The position numbers and the translations under genes are program-made. The notes under the pieces are model-generated. The model worked only from the letters and a program-made list of their open reading frames with translations, ran no database searches and was not told where the DNA came from. Positions 58,640-64,000 of a stretch of DNA of 64,000 nt are shown here, one piece after another. Origin of the DNA: a virus; the IMG/VR virus record IMGVR_UViG_3300024581_002845. One strand, given 5' to 3'. The stretch's first letter is position 1. Every line of letters begins with the position of its first letter.

Positions 58640-59239
58640 TTAAACAGGATCATCGAAAAATTCTTCTATTGTCCCCGCTAATTCACAATCCAATGTTGCG
58701 GTTGGACTTGGTGTTGGTGGTAATGTTGATGTTAAAGTTGGACTCGGAGTAGGTTCATTAAACTCAACCACCGAAATAATCATATCACAATCTGTCTGTT
58801 CTACAACTGAGATAGTCATATCGCAATTAGTTTGTTCCACAACTGAGATAGTCATGTCACAATCTGTCTGTTCTACAACTGAGATAGTCATAGTACAGTC
58901 TAATGCGAACATTTCGACGACAGAGATTCCAATATTACAATCTAAAGGTGGTGGTGTTGGATTTGGTGGACATTGTTCACAATCTATGTTTAATAATTGT
59001 ACCTGAAATCCACCCTGTTTTTTAGGATTTTCCGATGGTGGTGGATCAATATGTCCATCACAGTGTTCAACAAAAACGTAAAGTGGTCCCGTGTAACTAC
59101 CTCCGTCCCAAGTATGTGGTAAACTGTGTGTTCCTAATACATTTGCATTATCTATATTATATGTAGTACCTGTATATATGTTGTATTGATCACATACACC
59201 GTTATCGTATAGATTTGTAATGGTAATTAGTACACCCAT
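58640..59239 (-). CDS. Cys/PT-rich protein with 12-aa tandem repeats
   Basis: (D/N)C.MTISVVEQT repeats; TATTTATA at 59257-59264. Confidence 0.75.
   Translation of the reverse strand: MGVLITITNLYDNGVCDQYNIYTGTTYNIDNANVLGTHSLPHTWDGGSYTGPLYVFVEHCDGHIDPPPSENPKKQGGFQVQLLNIDCEQCPPNPTPPPLDCNIGISVVEMFALDCTMTISVVEQTDCDMTISVVEQTNCDMTISVVEQTDCDMIISVVEFNEPTPSPTLTSTLPPTPSPTATLDCELAGTIEEFFDDPV
58762..58943. repeat. 36-bp in-frame tandem repeat (4 near-perfect copies plus a degenerate one)
   Basis: ACAACTGAGATAGTCAT..CAAT..GT.TGTTC units. Confidence 0.85.
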
Positions 59240-59289
59240 GAGTTTTTACTTCTTATTATAAATACTTTGTTAGAAGGATTACTTTAAAT

Positions 59290-59316
59290 AAAAAAACCCA
59301 CCGAAGTGGGTTTTTT
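59290..59316. terminator. Intrinsic terminator with cUUCGg tetraloop, possibly bidirectional
   Basis: A7-CCCAC-CGAA-GTGGG-T6; the minus strand reads CCCAC-UUCG-GUGGG-U7. Confidence 0.85.
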
Positions 59317-59335
59317 AATATAGTCTTTGTTTTTA

Positions 59336-59881
59336 TTATAATTCGTTATCACACGATCCTCCAACCTCACTGATTGTAGAATCCGCCAAGGCGATGACAT
59401 CTTGTGAGAATGAATAAATTGTACTTTGGTATAATGAATTACCCGCATTAACGGTAATATTATCACCTGCAACAGGATTTGGTGTTCCTCCTTTTTGAAT
59501 CCAATCGGCATTTGAGATAATAACAGTTTGTGGCGATTCACCATTGAGACTGTTACATTTTTGGAATTGGTGATTGGTTTCAGGGTTGTCGTCTCTCACT
59601 GTTGGTGACGGTGTAGGTCCGGGAGTATCTCCCTCACAATTATCTAATCCCGTCCACGGAACTGAGTTAGGACATGTTCCTGTTGATGTTACAGTACCTC
59701 CTGAAATGGTATCTGCAACTTGATACGTCACACCATTTATTAGGTCTTGTTTACTTACCCCCGTAGCAATAGTTGTATTTGCTGGGGACCCATTACAATG
59801 TATCCCTACGATTGTAAAGTTATCTGCCTCTGTGGTTCCCGTAAATTGGGACTGCATCGTAAATGTTACTTGATATGCCAT
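59336..59881 (-). CDS. Small virion protein with short PT linker
   Basis: IATGVSKQDLINGV..TSTGTC domain plus TPGPTPSPT; TATTTATA at 59909-59916. Confidence 0.7.
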   Translation of the reverse strand: MAYQVTFTMQSQFTGTTEADNFTIVGIHCNGSPANTTIATGVSKQDLINGVTYQVADTISGGTVTSTGTCPNSVPWTGLDNCEGDTPGPTPSPTVRDDNPETNHQFQKCNSLNGESPQTVIISNADWIQKGGTPNPVAGDNITVNAGNSLYQSTIYSFSQDVIALADSTISEVGGSCDNEL

Positions 59882-59954
59882 TTTATTTTATTTTTTTAAT
59901 CTGTTTATTATAAATATCTCTGTTTTTAGAAATGTTTAGTTTATTATTTATTTG

Positions 59955-62900
59955 TTATTGGAAACATCTTAAATCCTCACAACCATCCATTAAATCTTGA
60001 TCCGTAATTATGGCGGTGGCGTCAACACCTAATCCTGTTTCTACGACTCGACCACAGTAAGTTGCCTCATGAGGACAATCAGTACCATACGCGAATTGTA
60101 CATAATCACCAACATTGATTTCAAAAGGATTTAGACTTAAAAGACCATTTTGACAAATTTCTATACTACTCGCATAATATATTTGGTCTGTAATACAATC
60201 TCTAATACTAATGTCTGCAATCATTCCACCTCCTCCCGGATCCTCAGTAAATGTAGATTGTATTAAACTACTCTCCGTACATCCATTCGCATCTGTGACT
60301 ACCACATAGTAATACCCTTCAGCCAAACCTGTAAATGTTTGTGATGGGTTACCCGATGTTACATTACTTATAGTTGCAACTAAAGTTCCACCACCAACGG
60401 TATATGGTGATGTGGTATCTCTGTAAAGTCTATATGTTTTATTCCATGTACCACCACCCGAGGTAACTGTAATAGATCCATTTGCACCTGTAACAAATCC
60501 TGTTATCAATACTGTGTTCGCCGTTGGTTGTGAAACCACAACACTATACGATTCAGTACAACCTAATTGATCCCTCAAATGAACAGTATATGTACCTGAT
60601 GAAAGGTTTGTATAACTATACGATGTACTTGAGAATGGAATCCATGAACCGGTGTTAAGTCTAACTTCATAATTCTGTGCGGTTCCACCACCATTCGCCC
60701 CTGTCGGATTAGACACTAAGATTCCTCCGTCTGATCCACCGGCACACGATACTGAATTTGCATTGAATGTCGCACTCGGTGCTGATTTACTTAAAGTAAC
60801 ACTACTTGTAGATGATAGACATGAACTTCCATCTTTAACTCGAATACTATAAGTCCCAACACTTAAAGAACTAAATGAATTAGATGTTTGCCATGTTGAC
60901 CCTCCATTCTTAGAATATTGGTAGGACCCTACACCGCCCGATGCTGTTACAGTAATACTACCATCTTTACTATCGTGACATGTTGGGTTTGATTTAGTTG
61001 TAGTAAAAGTAACTGCCGCCGGTTGTGTTATTGTTTTACTATAGGACCTTGTACAACCATCAGTGTCTCTAACAGTGATTGTATATGTTCCTGATGATAG
61101 ATTTGAATAAGTTTTAGGGAATGTTGTTGTGTAACTACCACTACCTAATTTAACACTATAAGGTACTCCATTACCCCCACTTGGGTTAGAAACCGTGATT
61201 GATCCATCAGATCCACCGTTACATGTTACATTTGATTGGGTTACAGTCGCTGCAACCGCACTTTTAGAAAGAGTAACAGTTCGGGATGCGGTACAACCAT
61301 TCTGATCTGTAGCAATTAAAGTATATGACCCTTCACTTAAGTTTGTGTGTGATAATGAAGTAGTTGCCGACCCATTTAAAGTATATGTCTTACTACCCGT
61401 ACCACCGCCAACGGTGAAAGTGATAGACCCGTCAGATCCACCATCACAAGTCGGATCGGTATGACTATCAGAAATTGTTATTGCTGATGGTTGTGATATT
61501 GTTACTGAGTATGATCTCGTACACTCATCTTGGTCTCTTAGGTATACGGTATGATTCGCAACCGAAACGCCAGTAAATAGGTATGAGGTACTTGAGAAAT
61601 TAATCCAAGAACCACTATCTAACTTAACTTGGTAATTAGAGAACGTTCCACCACCATTACCACCTGTTGGGTTGGATATTTCTATCGACCCTCTATCACC
61701 ATTACATAATGGATTTGATGGTGTAACTGTTGCACTTGGTTTAGATTTACTTAAAGTAAATGATACGGTATCAACACACGCATTGGAATCTTTCACATAA
61801 CCCGTATATGAACCTACACTCAAATTAGAGAAAGTGGCTGACGTGTAATATGTGGTTCCATTTATTGAATAGAGTTTTGATCCCGTACCCCCTGTCGACG
61901 AAAGAGTAACACTACCGTCACTTCCATCCCAACATGTTGGATGGCTCACACTCGCAGATGCAACTAATGCGGTTGGTTGAGTTATTGTTCTCGTATATGT
62001 GGTTGTACATTCCTGACTATCCCTAACACTGAAAGTATAGGTACCCGCACTTAGATTACTAAATGTCTTAGTACTGTTAAATGTGGTCCAAGTTCCTCCT
62101 TGCCATTGGTATTGGTATGTTGGTCCATTACCACCCGCAGGTGTCTGTGCTGTTAAACTACCATTTGACCCACCGTTACAGGATACATTGGATGTTGATA
62201 TACTTGAAGTTACCTGTGATTTAGATAGTGTTCTCGATGTAGTTCCTGTACATCCATTACCATCTCTAATTGTAATTGTGTACGATCCCGTACTTAAGTT
62301 TGAGAATGTGTTTGATGTTTGGTAACTACCACTATTTAATTTGTATTCATATGATCCATTACCTCCACTTGCATTAACAGTAATACTACCATCAGTGCTG
62401 TCATGACATAACGGATTAGAATATGTTGTTGTCGCAGTAACGGCATTTGGTTGTGTTAATGTACGATCGTATATCGTCTCACATCCGTTACCGTCTTTAA
62501 CTGTAATTCTATAAGAACCTGCGGTTAAGTTTTCATGTGTGACACTTTCTTCTGATGTTAACGGTTGGTATTCTCCCCCACCTAATTTAACTTCATAATC
62601 CGCACCTGTTCCACCCGACGGGTTTGATATAACAATAGAACCGTCTGATCCACCGTTACATGTAATATGTGTTAAGGTAATAGTTGCACTAACCGCGGCT
62701 TTACTAATGTTGACCGAAACACTGTCAGTACACCCATTAGCATCACGAACAATAATTCCGTAAGTCCCTTGAGAAAGGTTTGAGAATGTACCTGAGGATT
62801 GGTAATTTATCAGGTCTTTCGTGTATTCATATGGTGATGTACCACCCGTTGCAGATACTGTGATTTCACCATCAGTACTATTATGACAGGTAGGGTATGT

Positions 62901-64000
62901 TTTAGATGATTCTGTTACATTCAATACGTTTGGTTGTGTTACAACCGTTGTGAATGCATATTCACATCCATTTGAATCTTTTACATAAACAGTTTTAGTT
63001 CCCGCAGATAAATTTGAATATGTTTTAGGGAATGTTGGACTCTCGTAAGTACCTCCCGTACCTAACTTAACTTCATATCCACCACTACCTCCTGTTGGTT
63101 GTGCAACTGTTACTGATCCGTCACCCGAACCATTACATGTTAGGTTGGTTTTTGTTAATGTCGTTGTAACAACAGTTCTATTTAGTGTTTTAGAAACTGA
63201 TTTTAAACATCCGTTTTCATCTCTGACTCTAATTGTATATGTCCCATTAGGTAAACCTTCAAATACATCTTCACTTTGCCAATTAACAAGGTCTTTTGAA
63301 TATTCTAATTCTCCCGTACCACCACTTGCGGAGACTGTAATAGATCCATCAGAATCAGAGTTACATGTTGGTAGTGTAAAGTCTTGTATTGATATAGTAA
63401 CCAATGATGGTTCTGATATCGTACCGTCTACTGTTCCAACCTCATCATTAGAATCTTTAATGTAAACTGTATAGTCACCCGCGGGTCTGCTAAATGATGT
63501 GGATGTCTGATAATTAACCCCATCTAATGAATATCTGTAAGGTGAATCCCCTCCTGTTTGTGTTGCAACCGCAATTGTACCATTCCCACCATTACAAAGT
63601 GGATCCGTAATAGTTAAAGTACCTGAAACAGTGATGTTTGTAATGGATATACTAACAATTTCTTCTCTATATAAACCACCTTGGTCAGTAGATCTCACCC
63701 TGATTGAGTAAGAAGATTTTGTTTCGTAATCAAAAACTTCATTGCTTTTAAGTACCGCCCCGTCTAAATAGAAACTACCATTATCACCTGAACCCGTTCC
63801 ATTTACTAATGTATAAGTAAAGGTATTACTCGAATCGGGATCCGTAGTTGAGAATGTACCAACCGTTGATCCTGTTGGAGTATTTTCATCAATGGATGAG
63901 TTAGATAGTGTTATATCGGTTGGTGTTTCATTAACATCCAACACCGTTATTGTAAATGTGTCTGTATATGTGTTGTTACCACTGTCCGTTACAGTAACCT
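59955..64000 (-). CDS. Partial giant protein: cadherin-like domain(s), about 15 SprB-like repeats and a Cys-rich C-terminal domain
   Basis: DVNETPTDI..IDEN..DPD..FDYE..YSIRV cadherin; repeated C.G..DGSITV...GG...Y.Y......G.Y...V.D..GC; frame open beyond 64000. Confidence 0.85.
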   Translation of the reverse strand, partial: VTVTDSGNNTYTDTFTITVLDVNETPTDITLSNSSIDENTPTGSTVGTFSTTDPDSSNTFTYTLVNGTGSGDNGSFYLDGAVLKSNEVFDYETKSSYSIRVRSTDQGGLYREEIVSISITNITVSGTLTITDPLCNGGNGTIAVATQTGGDSPYRYSLDGVNYQTSTSFSRPAGDYTVYIKDSNDEVGTVDGTISEPSLVTISIQDFTLPTCNSDSDGSITVSASGGTGELEYSKDLVNWQSEDVFEGLPNGTYTIRVRDENGCLKSVSKTLNRTVVTTTLTKTNLTCNGSGDGSVTVAQPTGGSGGYEVKLGTGGTYESPTFPKTYSNLSAGTKTVYVKDSNGCEYAFTTVVTQPNVLNVTESSKTYPTCHNSTDGEITVSATGGTSPYEYTKDLINYQSSGTFSNLSQGTYGIIVRDANGCTDSVSVNISKAAVSATITLTHITCNGGSDGSIVISNPSGGTGADYEVKLGGGEYQPLTSEESVTHENLTAGSYRITVKDGNGCETIYDRTLTQPNAVTATTTYSNPLCHDSTDGSITVNASGGNGSYEYKLNSGSYQTSNTFSNLSTGSYTITIRDGNGCTGTTSRTLSKSQVTSSISTSNVSCNGGSNGSLTAQTPAGGNGPTYQYQWQGGTWTTFNSTKTFSNLSAGTYTFSVRDSQECTTTYTRTITQPTALVASASVSHPTCWDGSDGSVTLSSTGGTGSKLYSINGTTYYTSATFSNLSVGSYTGYVKDSNACVDTVSFTLSKSKPSATVTPSNPLCNGDRGSIEISNPTGGNGGGTFSNYQVKLDSGSWINFSSTSYLFTGVSVANHTVYLRDQDECTRSYSVTISQPSAITISDSHTDPTCDGGSDGSITFTVGGGTGSKTYTLNGSATTSLSHTNLSEGSYTLIATDQNGCTASRTVTLSKSAVAATVTQSNVTCNGGSDGSITVSNPSGGNGVPYSVKLGSGSYTTTFPKTYSNLSSGTYTITVRDTDGCTRSYSKTITQPAAVTFTTTKSNPTCHDSKDGSITVTASGGVGSYQYSKNGGSTWQTSNSFSSLSVGTYSIRVKDGSSCLSSTSSVTLSKSAPSATFNANSVSCAGGSDGGILVSNPTGANGGGTAQNYEVRLNTGSWIPFSSTSYSYTNLSSGTYTVHLRDQLGCTESYSVVVSQPTANTVLITGFVTGANGSITVTSGGGTWNKTYRLYRDTTSPYTVGGGTLVATISNVTSGNPSQTFTGLAEGYYYVVVTDANGCTESSLIQSTFTEDPGGGGMIADISIRDCITDQIYYASSIEICQNGLLSLNPFEINVGDYVQFAYGTDCPHEATYCGRVVETGLGVDATAIITDQDLMDGCEDLRCFQ

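Noticed and set aside
58762-58943. CRISPR-like array (36-bp period)
   Set aside because: The units are contiguous with no unique spacers and encode in-frame peptide repeats.
654-63465. Numerous plus-strand ORFs in the track (e.g. 23415-24470, 26334-27029, 36341-36877, 58059-58442)
   Set aside because: They are antisense shadows of long minus-strand genes, with low-complexity V/S/P composition and no motifs or promoters. Only 33500-34296 is accepted on the plus strand.
1-64000. Stop-codon reassignment as seen in some large Bacteroidota phages
   Set aside because: Very long ORFs are intact under code 11, and TAA, TGA and TAG all occur at gene ends that abut the next start.
1-64000. tRNA, rRNA, introns or inteins
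   Set aside because: No cloverleaf or T-loop motif was found by eye in the few intergenic gaps, and no conserved enzyme shows an insertion with splicing motifs. A tRNAscan/Infernal run would be needed to exclude them fully.

Overview
This 64 kb AT-rich window comes from a large tailed dsDNA phage genome (jumbo/T4-like gene content). It is densely coding in the standard code, and all but two small genes are on the minus strand, mostly joined by TAATG/ATGA overlaps without Shine-Dalgarno sites. The host is probably Bacteroidota (inference from a perfect TTTG-N19-TAnnTTTG promoter, a Bacteroidota-type RpoD, an Hc1-like protein, a DUF6576-like tail and SprB-like repeats). Modules in order: 1-9.9 kb glycan-synthesis operon (radical SAM, three GT7 enzymes each with an inserted LamG/ConA lectin domain, other GT-A proteins, a methyltransferase); 10-30 kb LamG array and tail fibres, including a 3251-aa fibre with a C-terminal S74 chaperone; 30-35.5 kb host-takeover genes (Grx, Trx, AAA ATPase, NusG, Dam, Hc1-like); 36-43.5 kb putative virion/lysis genes, sigma70 and ClpP; 43.6-51.6 kb recombination/replication genes (SbcCD/gp46-47, cytidylyltransferases, PD-(D/E)XK nucleases, primase, RuvC-like); 51.6-64 kb virion proteins with mucin-like Pro/Thr stalks and a partial SprB/cadherin giant protein. 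Best leads: (1) a hidden -1 frameshift/slippage site at an A10 run that appends a Pro/Thr tail; (2) lectin-inserted GT7s plus mucin-like substrates, suggesting a phage O-glycosylation system; (3) two promoter classes that partition structural from non-structural genes; (4) a structured, terminator-containing leader upstream of the primase. No tRNA, CRISPR, capsid or terminase gene was seen. All family calls come from motif reading, not database searches.
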